64,000 bases of DNA from Malacoraja senta (Eukaryota): contig JAXLNO010003796.1 of NCBI GenBank assembly GCA_038087875.1, forward strand, positions 558,001 to 622,000. The letters are read 5' to 3'. Made by a program: the position numbers and the translations under genes. Shown in pieces: positions 54,031 to 64,000 of the stretch. The notes under the pieces were generated by a model. That model had not been told where the DNA came from, did no database searches, and worked only from the letters and a program-made list of their open reading frames with translations. Position 1 is the first letter of the stretch; every line of letters begins with the position of its first letter.

Positions 54031-56409
54031 ACGCACACATGAATAAATAAACTGATAAAGTGCAGATAACAGATAATGGGTTATTAATAATCAGAGTTTT
54101 GTCCAAGTTTTGTCCGAGCCTGGTTACCTAGGCAATAAACACAATTACGTGATTTATTTTTCCCAATAATGTAATGCATGGAATCCACCACATGGAACAT
54201 AGTGCTCTCCAATATCAGCCTATTACATTGTCCATATAACATCTCTACTCTTTATGAACAATTTCTGAAGGAGTAGTTTTTAAAATTTCAAGGACTGTCA
54301 AGTCTCCTGATTATGACAGTAATTTCAACCACATCTGAATGATTCTTCATGGTTTCTGTTAAACCTTCCATAAGCAATTTGATCAAATTAATAATGTCTT
54401 TACAAGCATTTATGTAACGCTTACCAAACTCTGGAAACCTATTGATCATTACCAAGTGATACAAATGGATCTGTAAGCATTTTGCATTTCATTAAATAGT
54501 TTAATAACATTCTAATGGCTTATGACATTTATGTAAAATTCCTTTTCTTTAGTGCGAGTGCAATAAAAGTTCATTTGAACAGTTATACAAATATTAGAAT
54601 GGGTGCCAGGAATAAATATTAGAATTTATTCCTGAGGTATTTTAAAAATGAAATAGAGATTCCTTGATGTTGAATTAATGAGACTGTATTCTAAATCATG
54701 TTAATTTCATGTTAATCCACTTTCAACACTTTCTACTGTACTTGGACAAAAGTGTTACAAGGGAGTCCAGTGAAGATATGCTCAATATGAAGGCATAATT
54801 TTACATACACAATTTCCAGAATAAATATAAAGGGGGAGATAAAAAGATAGCTTGAAAAATTGAAGATAAGAAATATAGAATCAAAATTAATGTAAACAAT
54901 ATTTGTTGTATTGACACTACACCAAGAATATTTTTTCACCTTAACAATATTAAGATTGCTTTTAAATCACATAATAATTATATTTGCAGTGAACGTCGGG
55001 GGTCAACAAAAGCAATCAAATAAATTGTTGTAATCCCTAAGATGATCACCTAATAACTAGTTGAGCACAAATATAAAACATGACAACTTGAACTTCCCCT
55101 TCTGAAGGGGGATGGGGGAGCAACATTATTTCTGAAGGTGTTTCATTTACCAGACAGTAATAGAATGAAAGGTAGAGACCCCAATTTCAATTCAAATAAT
55201 CTGGCCCACAGGCTGACACCAGGAAAACAATTATGATCACAAAAGGTGTTGTATTTTTATCAACATTTTGCCAATGTCTACAGGAAGAAGAAATAGCAAT
55301 TGCCACCTTGGTCTGACCAATATAATTCCAGGGCCATACAATATCAGAGTACACACCTTGTTTGTGATAGACTAGACTGACAACCAAATCATTTCTGACA
55401 CAATTTAAGCGATACAGGTTTTATTTTAACCATTCATAATTATCCAATACTGATATTTTCACTCACTGATATAAAGATACAAATGCAGAAGGCATTCACA
55501 GTTTAGATTGTGCTCAGATTACTACAAAATAAGCCATCATTGTTCCCTTTTTTTAAATGGAGGAAATTAAGTTTGGTATTTGAAAGTATTTGACAGCATA
55601 ATTTTATTTGAAATTTTTAATAGTTTTTATTAGTCCTGGAGATTCAATTAAACACATTTTCAAAAGATTTTGCTAATATATTACTGCCCGCTGCTGACAG
55701 CAACTTATGAACATCCAGATGAGGGAAAATAAGATGGTCAGTAGTTGAATTCTGTGTCTGATTAATAACTGTTTAGGATAAAATGCAGAGTGGGGACAGA
55801 AAGGCTACGTAAGATGCATAGTGACAAAGATTCCATTATAAGTTTCAAGTAGTACCTGGGGCAATTCAGCAGTGAATAAGAATATAAGAAATAGAAGCAG
55901 TAATAGACCATATGACTCCCAAGCCTGTATGTAAGTAATTAATGTAGATTGTTAATGGATGATATTCAGGGACTGATCCTTGTGACAGCTCATTAGTCAC
56001 AGCTTATTATTCAATCCTCGAGCCATACAAATGTAATTTATCCCCAATGCCATGAGGTATTTCCTTGCACAGTAACTTTTTATGTGGTATCTTGTTAAAT
56101 GCCTTTTAGAAACCCAAATACTTTACATGTACGGTTCCTCTTTAACCATCCACAAAAAAATTCCAGAAGTGATTTCCCATTCACACGATTATAATCTTTG
56201 CTGCTTTCAGTTTCAGTTTAGTTTATTGTCACGTGTACCGAGGTACAGTGAAAAGCTTTTTGTTGCGTGCTAACCAGTCAGCAGAAAGATAATACATGAT
56301 TACAATCAATCCATTTACAGTGTGTAGCTACATGATAAAGGAATAACATTTAGTGCAAGGTAAAGCCAGCAAAGTCAGCAAAGGATAGTCCTGTTTCACA
56401 ACAGTATGA

Positions 56410-56487
56410 TTTTCTTACTGTCCTACCATTACTTCCTTAATTGCATCCTTTTCTTACTGTCCTACCATTACTTCCTTAATTGCATCC
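56410..56487. repeat. Perfect 39-bp tandem duplication
   Basis: ttttcttactgtcctaccattacttccttaattgcatcc occurs twice (56410-56448, 56449-56487). Confidence 0.95.
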
Positions 56488-57039
56488 ACGTAGCCTAACT
56501 AGCCTAGTTTCTTGATTTCTGTATACCTTCTTTCTTGAACAAAACCATTATACCTGTGCTTTTTCCAATCTTTTGAGAATCTTCAGAGCTTTGGAAGATC
56601 ATAATCAATACATTCTTTATTTATGTAGTTATTTCTGTTTTAATACACTACGATGCAGGTCAATGGGTCCATGGAACTTGTCAGCCTTTAATCCCATTAT
56701 GTTATATTGTACTTCTTCAATGATGGTTTTGCTTATCCCTTTACTTTCACTGATGTTCTCCTATTGTAGAAAAGCCATTTCTTTAAGTTCCATTATTCTT
56801 TCCATCATATAATTTCCTAATGTTTTATTACACTTGTTTATACTTCTGGTGGCTCCGACTGTCTGATCCTGTATTTTTTTGCCATTTTACTCTTGTGATC
56901 TATTTCTTCCTTTACTTGTGTGGGGAGTGGATGAGAAAGTGGGATAACAGAGAACTCGTGTGAATGGGAGATCGATGGTCGGCATGGACTCGTTGAGCCA
57001 AAGGGCCTGTTCATGCCATATCACTAAACTAAATTAAAG

Positions 57040-57720
57040 AAGGCTGAAGCAATTACCACCATCTTCAGACAGAAGTGAATCTGTTTCCTCCTGAGAATCC
57101 CACCATGACAGAAGACAGTTTTCAGAAATTCATTTAACTCAATGTGATAATTAGAAAAAGACAAGGACAATGGAAACAGCAGAGGTAGGGGGGACAGACA
57201 ACATTTTGGCTGTAGTACTGAAGATCAGAATTAGATACAACACCAGTCAAGCTGTTCCACTATAATTACAACAATGGCATCAGCCAACCATGTGGAAAAT
57301 TGCCCACATATGCCCTATCCATAAAAAGCTGGACCTAACCAAACATTTGGTCCTCTGTCTAATCCCAATCACCATTAAAATAATGGAATATGTCATTGAC
57401 AATGCTATCAAATGGCACTTACTCACCAACAATATGCTCACAGATGACCATTTTGAGGCTTTATCACAGCTTTGGTCCAAACATGAAACAAAGAATTGAA
57501 TTCCTGAGCTGAGGTGAAAGAGTTTACCGTTAACAGGAAGGTCGCATTTAGTTAAGTGTAACATCATGGAGTTCTGGTAAAATTGAAATCAATGGGGCTC
57601 AAGAAGAAAGTACCTAATGTGTTGGGAGCCATATCTCGCATAAAGAAAGCTGATTGTGGTTGTTGGATGTTAACTATCCCAGTCCTACAACATCACTGCA
57701 AGAGTTTGGACTAGTTTTCT
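57040..57720 (+). mobile_element. Old CR1/L2-group LINE RT fragment
   Basis: PTMWKIAHICPIHKK...IKIMEYVIDNAIKWHLLTNNMLTD is the RT N-terminal motif. Confidence 0.7.
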
Positions 57721-58634
57721 AGGGAGCAAATAATTTTCATATATTTTATAAATAACCTGACTTCCATCATATGATTATAAGCATTTGTTCCTTCTTCCAA
57801 CCGCCGTGACAACTAAATCCCGCAAAATAATTTGAAGAGACCCCAGTCCGGTATCCTGTGTTCCCATGTCTGCACAAATCAGCATTATGTTACTTGGTAG
57901 TTCAGCCTAGCGTGAAACAGGATGGTGGAAAAGTGAGGATTCAGTGGATCTGGACAACTAACTTTATCAAGTGACATGTGATTGTAAAACAATAATCAAG
58001 TGACACATAATTGTAAGTAAATTCAATCTAAAGCAAATGGATGATTTAGAAAGTTTATTGGTTTTGTTAGAAAATCAAAAACTATTGTTAATTAATGACA
58101 TGGCAGACTGCAAGCTTCTACAGAAATTGTCATGTAATAGCAAGGCTACTAGATTGGTGGGCAGGAGAAGAATACAAAACTGAAGAATAGAATACATATC
58201 GAAGTGAAAGAATGACATAGGGAAGATTGCCAGATGGCACGGTGTTCTGACATAAATGGTTGAAATTGGGTTGATTCTCCCCAAAAAATATGATCTGGGA
58301 AGGATTTGAAAACTGGTAATAATATTTTATTAGAATTAAAGGGTCTTTCTCAATCCTTTAATATGGAATATAAAATATTTTTTAAAGAGAGGTAATAAAG
58401 AATGTTAAAGTGAGAAGCTAAGAAACAATCTCTTTACTCTCAATAAAATATGGATAAATGCAATATCTAGTATCATATACTGTCAAAGAGCTTAAAGGTC
58501 CCATATTCCCTCCTTATTTCTAATTGAAGTTCTCACAGATCACACAGGACGTTTTATCTGTCCTCTATGAACGGCATGTACATTGAATGACACAGGACTC
58601 CTGCTTCCAATGTATATTTAATGTCCGCTAGTAT

Positions 58635-59541
58635 AGGGGGGTTGCACGTAAGGTCACCGGGTCATAGGGCTTGACGCACGGAGCCGCTCAATCCATCTGG
58701 AGGACATCCGTCACTTCCGGTATATGTTATTAATACAAGAAACGCGTACTTTCCTACCTGTTAAAAGCCGCCAAAATGTTGAATTTTTTCGCTGTAAAAA
58801 AGTGTGGAAGTCGGGGTAGTGAGAGACATGTACCCAACTTCAGAATTCAAAAAGGGAAGCGAAATGAAGGTAAAGAGAAGCGACAGCTGAAGGGACAACA
58901 GCAGCTAAACTGCTTGGCGGACATTGGCCGTGCAGATATCGGAATTGGAAATATTGGGAATTATCGTGTTTGCTCACTGCATTTCATCAACAGTATGGCA
59001 TTATTTGTGTTTTTTCTTAATTCCTTTGGTATCTAAAAAGTCTCAGAAGTGATAAATCTGGCTGTAAATTTTGCTTCAGAGGCGTTTTCTTTTTGTATGT
59101 AAAAACCCACTTGAGAACCATGGGCGATTTTAAAATTTTACAGCCAGATTTATCACTTCTGAAACTTTTTAGATGCCAAAGGAATCAAGAAAAAAACACA
59201 AATAATGCCTTAGTTGATGAAATGCAGTGAGCAAACGGCCAAGGTACGCCAAGCACTCTCTGGCTGTTGTTGTCCCTTCAGCTCTCGCTTCTATCTACCG
59301 TCATTTCTCCTCACTTTTGGAATTCTGAGGAAGGCTAAATGTCTCTCACGCTTATCCCGATTTCCATAATTATTTACAGCGCAAAAATTGACAATTTCGT
59401 CGGGTTTTAACGGGTCCGCTACGCTGGAAACAATGGTAAGTGCTTGCCTTCAGTTCATCGCGTGTACTCCACTTGGCGTAGCGTAGCAACACTTGGCGTG
59501 GCGTTTCATGGGTCGTGACCCGACTGCCGTGAAACCTCCCT
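58635..59541. mobile_element. Fold-back non-autonomous DNA transposon with THAP-coding arms (PIF/Harbinger group, ISL2EU-like)
   Basis: TIRs AGGGGGGTTGCACG / CGTGAAACCTCCCT flanked by AT (within TATA) on both sides. Long inverted arms around an ~60-bp spacer (59073-59131). The arms translate to a THAP domain (NFCAV..., GRAD...YRVCSLHF). Confidence 0.75.
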
Positions 59542-59610
59542 ATAAATATACTGCACACTTGAGTAAAGCAAGTGTAGGGCTATTGTTAAAATTACATAAA
59601 ATTACATAGA

Positions 59611-59728
59611 AAGGTTGACACAAAAAGCTGGAGTAACTCAGCGGGACATGCATTCTGGAGTAAAGGAATGATGTTTCGGGTCGAGATCGATCTTCGATTT
59701 AAACCAGCATCTGCAGTTCCTTCTTACA
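59611..59728. mobile_element. Short Penelope-derived element with internal inversion
   Basis: Minus body (gacacaaaaagctggagtaactcagc...gtttcgggtcgaga) joined to a plus end (tcttcgatttaaaccagcatctgcagttccttctta). Confidence 0.7.
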
Positions 59729-60034
59729 CATAGACATACGGATGCTGTTCTTGAAAGGCATATGTGGCTCTATCAACAGGAAGGGTGAAAATGTGTGGAA
59801 TGTCAAGTGTCAAGCGTGTCAAGTGTTTAATTGTGATATGCTCCGAAACGGAACAATGACATTCTTACTTGCAGCAGCAAGAATGTAAATTAATATGAAC
59901 AAAATAAAGGACTGCATAAATGATTGATTGCTGAACAACGAGACGTAAAACCAAGCACAAATATTTATTTGCTCAGCAACTAGAATTTGCCAAACAAATT
60001 ATTGCATTGCTTCAGAAAAATGTCAATCAAATAA

Positions 60035-60105
60035 TCCCGGCTATTTCCTGTCACGTGAAAAATACTTGCCCTGAAGGGAAGTGGTGAAAATTGAAGCCGA
60101 TTCTG
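60035..60105 (+). promoter_or_regulatory. Candidate promoter / non-coding first exon of the RILPL2 copy
   Basis: GTCACGTGA E-box (60050-60058), ETS-like TTTCCTG and GGAAGT (60077-60082), donor CTG|GTAAGG at 60105/60106. Confidence 0.4.
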
Positions 60106-60277
60106 GTAAGGAGTGTAACGAAAATGCGAGACTATTTATTTTGCAGGTTTATTAATTAAACTCAAAGGGTGAAACTTTACTTAAGCCTATCATTTGCGAA
60201 ATAGTAATTCTTCATCTTTAGATGGTCAGTTGGTTTTATTTCCATTTTCAGTCAACGGGAATTGGCACCACAGGTCG

Positions 60278-60847
60278 ATGGAGGAATCGAATCCCGCATC
60301 AGCATTTGACAAAGATCCATTCGAGCTCACAGCTGAACATGTCTACGATATTTCTTACATTATTGGCCGCGATTTAATGAAGCTCGGCAGCTCAGAAGAT
60401 TGTAACATGGTTTCCGAGTTGCAATATAAGATAATCAGAGTCCTAGAAATGCTGGAGTGTCTGGTGAACAAGCACAATTTAACGGTGGAAACATTGAAAA
60501 TTGAAAGCGACAATCTAAGAACCGAGACGGAAAGACTTAACAGAGAACTTCAACAGGCAGTAAGCAATTCAAAACAAAATGTTGGGTCGGATAAACTTGT
60601 GGTAGACATCGATGACACAGATCGCCCACGCTTCACGCTGCAGGAACTGCGAGATGTATTGCATGAACGGATTAAACTGAAGGCACAGCTGCATGTTGCA
60701 CAAGAAGAACTTGAGTGCTATAAGAACGGATTAATCGGAACAAAAGAATCTCAAATCGGAGAAATAAATAACTCTGGTCCGAGTAGTGGCAGTGAACAAA
60801 CTATGATTAAAAAGCTATTTTCTCTTAGACATAGAAAACATACTTAA
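60278..60847 (+). CDS. RILPL2: RILP-like protein 2, intronless copy (189 aa), probable retrogene
   Basis: RH1 domain (KDPFELTAEHVYDISYIIGRDLM...LQYKIIRVLEMLECLV), RH2 domain (RPRFTLQELRDVLHERIKLKAQL...QEELECYK) and C-terminal IKKLF, all in one uninterrupted ORF. AATAAA at 61029-61034. Confidence 0.9.
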   Translation: MEESNPASAFDKDPFELTAEHVYDISYIIGRDLMKLGSSEDCNMVSELQYKIIRVLEMLECLVNKHNLTVETLKIESDNLRTETERLNRELQQAVSNSKQNVGSDKLVVDIDDTDRPRFTLQELRDVLHERIKLKAQLHVAQEELECYKNGLIGTKESQIGEINNSGPSSGSEQTMIKKLFSLRHRKHT

Positions 60848-61096
60848 ACCACTTGGACTCGGATGTTCGAAAGATTTGCTGAGCACTCATAGAAAAGAAT
60901 TGTCTAATAGAATTTCAGAACTTTGAAACGACTGTATAGTGTTGTGAGAGAAGAATTTTTGAGGTTTACTTTTTTACACGATTTTGCAGCTTGTAAATTA
61001 TCTGCTTTTTAAAACAAATTGGAGCAGAAATAAAAAGATTGCAAAAAGAAATTGTCACTACTTTTAATAATATAAAACATAGAAACATAGACATAG

Positions 61097-62171
61097 ACCA
61101 GCAAAGAGTAGGAGTAAACGGGTCCTTTTCAGAATGGCAGGCAGTGACTAGTGGGGTACCGCAAGGCTCAGTGCTGGGACCCCAGCTATTTACAATTTAT
61201 ATTAATGATCTGGACGAGGGAATTGAAAGCAACATCTCCAAGTTTGCGGATGACACTAAGCTGGGGGGCAGTGTTAGCTGTGAGGAGGATGCTAGGAGGC
61301 TGCAAGGTGACTTGGATAGGCTGGGTGAGTGGGCAAATGCATGGCAGATGCAGTATAATGTGGATAAATGTGAGGTTATCCACTTTGGTGGCAAAAACAG
61401 GAAAGTAGACTATTATCTAAATGGTGGCCGATTAGGAAAAGGGGTGATGCAACGAGACCTGGGTGTCATGGTACACCAGTCATTGAAAGTAGGCATGCAG
61501 GTGCAGCAGGCAGTGAAGAAAGCGAATGGTATGTTAGCATTCATAGCAAAAGGATTTGAGTATAGGAGCAGGGAGGTTCTACTGCAGTTGTACAGGGTCT
61601 TGGTGAGACCACACCTGGAGTATTGCGTACAGTTTTGGTCTCCAAATCTGAGGAAAGACATTCTTGCCATAGAGGGAGTACAGAGAAGGTTCACCAGATT
61701 GATTCATGGGATGTCAGGACTTTCATATGAAGAAAGACTGGATAGACTCGGCTTGTACTCACTAGAATTTAGAAGATTGAGGGGGGATCTTATAGAAACT
61801 TACAAAATTCTTAAGGGGTTGGACAGGCTAGATGCAGGAAGATTGTTCCCGATGTTGGGAAAGTCCAGGACAAGGGGTCACAGTTTAAGGATTAAGGGGA
61901 AATCCTTTAGGACCGAGATGAGAAAAACATTTTTCACACAGAGAGTGGTGAATCTCTGGAACTCTCTGCCACAGAAGGTAGTTGAGGCCAGTTAATTGGC
62001 TATATTTAAGAGGGAGTTAGATGTGGCCCTTGTGGCTAAAGGGATCAGGGGGTATGGAGAGAAGGCAGGTACAGGATACTGAGTTGGATGATCAGCCATG
62101 ATCATATTGAATGGCGGTGCAGGCTCGAAGGGCCGAATGGCCTACTCCTGCACCTATTTTCTATGTTTCTA
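61097..62171 (+). mobile_element. Young CR1 LINE, 5'-truncated RT half
   Basis: SGVPQGSVLGP, YINDLD, KFADDTKL and RPHLEYCVQFWSP in one frame. A single nonsense codon at 61993-61995 where sister copies have Ser. 3' UTR and ctatgtttcta tail. Confidence 0.95.
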
Positions 62172-63341
62172 GGCAATGGGAAGATTACAATAATTTTATG
62201 GGTTTGGTTATCCAGCCTACAAAAATATAATCTAATACATGCTGGTGTATAAATAATAATTAAACTGACTTATCAGTGTCGATAACATGGACTTGAGAGA
62301 ACTAGACTTGATTCCCTATTCAGTTACCAGAATTAGACAAGGTTATTCTGAAGTTACTTAATCACAAGCCAGCTCATAGGAAAAGATAGTGAAGATTTCT
62401 TATGCAGAGGTCAACTTGGAAATGTAATGTTGATGAAATTGGTTTTATTCTACTTGTCTTTATGTTGTGCATCTTCTGGAGGGAGCGTAGACTACATACT
62501 GAATGGTTTGGGTTCTTCTGTGTAATTTCCACTCTTTATCTCTGATAATAATAATTGTGTTGTCGAAAGCAAATCCAATTTTGTGCTCTGCAAACTTACT
62601 TACTTTTTATTACAGACTCAAGGTCCAGATAAAAGACAAGACATTACATAGCATAAATTGCTTACAAAATCACAATAAATTACACACAAAAGCACAGTAA
62701 ATTACAAAAGCAAAATAACTTGCATACAAAAGCACAATACATGGTTTAAGATCAAGAATTTAAAAAAAATCAGTGTCCTACCACAAAACAACTATACCTA
62801 TGCCTCCACAGCTGGGATTGGTAGCGTGTAGTGCTAAACCTAATGTTTGATAAGGGCAAGATGAGTTCATTTTCAGAGTCATTCACACATGCAAAGATTA
62901 AGCCAGGGCCTTGACCAGGAACACCCAGTTAATTGTTTCCACCATTGCTACCTTTTATTTATGCTTAGGAACTAGTTACAAACTGGTTAGAGTTCTTCCA
63001 GATTTGATGAAAGATCACGGGCATAAATATTAACAGTATTCTTCTCTTTCTACCTTCATCTTTCCCTGCTGAGGATTTCCATCATTTTCTATTTCGTTCT
63101 CTAAATTACTTCCTGATTAAAAGACACTGAGGCAAAATTGTTGACACATCTCTCCCTATTTTCTTCATGCCTCTGTACCGCAACACAGATTTAGTGACTA
63201 CAAAATCTAATCATGGTTAAAATACGATTTTTTTTTAAATTCAGATTTTGAGGATGAAAGAAAATATATGGAATCACTAGTCCTATTTTTTTATTTACCA
63301 TCAAGTTTATTTTCCTTTTAATATCTTAGTCTGTGACTTAC

Positions 63342-63443
63342 CTGCAGTAAAGTCTTTCCATGTTTGAATTTCATCAAGGATAACAAATCTCTCTGCTTTG
63401 TAGTAACTCCGTCTCTCTGTGTGATCACTTTCCTCTAAGTGCT
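63342..63443 (-). CDS. MACROD1: MACROD1 internal coding exon (probable exon 2, 102 nt, phase 1-1)
   Basis: Acceptor ttttattttccttattAAG, canonical donor GCAG|GTAAGT. Encodes xHLEESDHTERRSYYKAERFVILDEIQTWKDFTA(G), matching the recalled MACROD1 segment ...QREEHYFCKDFVRLKKIPTWKEMAKG. Splices in frame to the 51581 exon. Confidence 0.85.
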
Positions 63444-63723
63444 CTTAATAAGGAAAATAAAAGAAAGGCATTTTATTAATTTCTGGCCTTTTTTGGGAGT
63501 TTCATTATTCCGGTTTAGTTTCTTCCACATGTCAGGCTCCCAACAATTATCAGGCAGTCAACTATTTGTTTATTAATTTTTGATAGCACTTTAGTTGCAG
63601 TTAGATGCTCAAAGATAAATTCACATTGTATTTCATGGATCAATATATTCTTCTGGGCTTGACATTACAACTGTGAATAATTTGTACATGGATGGAAGTA
63701 ATTCCCAAAACACTAGATTTTAA

Positions 63724-64000
63724 CATGCCCATCGAGGTTGGCTGCAGAGGTTTTGCAGGGCAATCGCTCTACAAAGCCTTGAGTGCACTGGGCATCAACG
63801 GAGTGGCGAGGAGAAGAGCCATCAAGAACACCACAGAGGCAACGGAGAAGGCCTCGAGATGGCTCTGGATCAGGAGAGAAGGTCCATGAGGAGGAGTGAA
63901 TGCCACCTGAACACAAGTCGTGGTCTGATCAACCACGGCTGGGTCACCTGGGCGAGGGTGTCTGATGTTGAAAGACCCGAAACACCCAATGACCCCCAGG
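63724..64000 (+). mobile_element. HERO-like (R2 group) non-LTR retrotransposon 3' end, runs off the window
   Basis: PIEVGCRGFAGQSL...EATEKASRWLWIRR is the C-terminus of a restriction-like endonuclease, followed by a structured 3' UTR. Confidence 0.75.

Noticed and set aside
58776-59036. 86-aa ORF as a host THAP gene
   Set aside because: The first zinc-ligand Cys and the conserved Trp are substituted, and it lies in one arm of a TIR-bounded palindrome.
60194-60277. ORF-track extension of RILPL2 (217 aa)
   Set aside because: TTG start, no homology, and it overlaps a likely intron acceptor. The ATG at 60278 gives the MEE start seen in RILPL2.
61039-61995. 318-aa ORF as a domesticated RT gene
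   Set aside because: It is a 5'-truncated CR1 copy with a non-ATG start in flanking DNA and a premature stop, and it is nearly identical to other copies in the window.
63962-63983. Hammerhead ribozyme in the HERO 3' UTR
   Set aside because: CTGATG is not followed by A, and there is no stem II or NUH site in the right geometry.
1-64000. CRISPR arrays, rRNA, true tRNA genes, prokaryotic operons
   Set aside because: This is eukaryotic intronic DNA. The recurring repeats are dispersed transposon copies, and the tRNA-like boxes belong to SINE heads.

Overview
Vertebrate genomic DNA, most likely from a cartilaginous fish such as a skate or ray (inferred from the mix of CR1, Rex-Babar, Penelope and V-SINE repeats). 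The whole window lies inside a minus-strand MACROD1 gene, of which two coding exons are visible: 63342-63443 (102 nt, missed by the ORF track) and 51465-51581 (117 nt). Two plus-strand genes are nested antisense in its introns. The first is the single coding exon of FLRT1 (28042-29973), a known arrangement. The second is an intact, intronless, CpG-rich RILPL2 copy (60278-60847), which looks like a retrogene with its own candidate promoter (CLEAR-type E-box), 5' UTR intron and polyA signal; this is the most unexpected item. The rest is AT-rich intron with many transposon relics. These include a dispersed family of short Penelope-derived elements with a minimal hammerhead-ribozyme core and 9-14 bp TSDs, a 0.9 kb fold-back THAP-coding DNA transposon derivative, a Helitron-type 3' end, a solo LTR, a HERO-like LINE 3' end and several young CR1 copies. 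There is one 148-N gap. All homology calls come from recalled family sequences, not database searches, and repeat boundaries are approximate.
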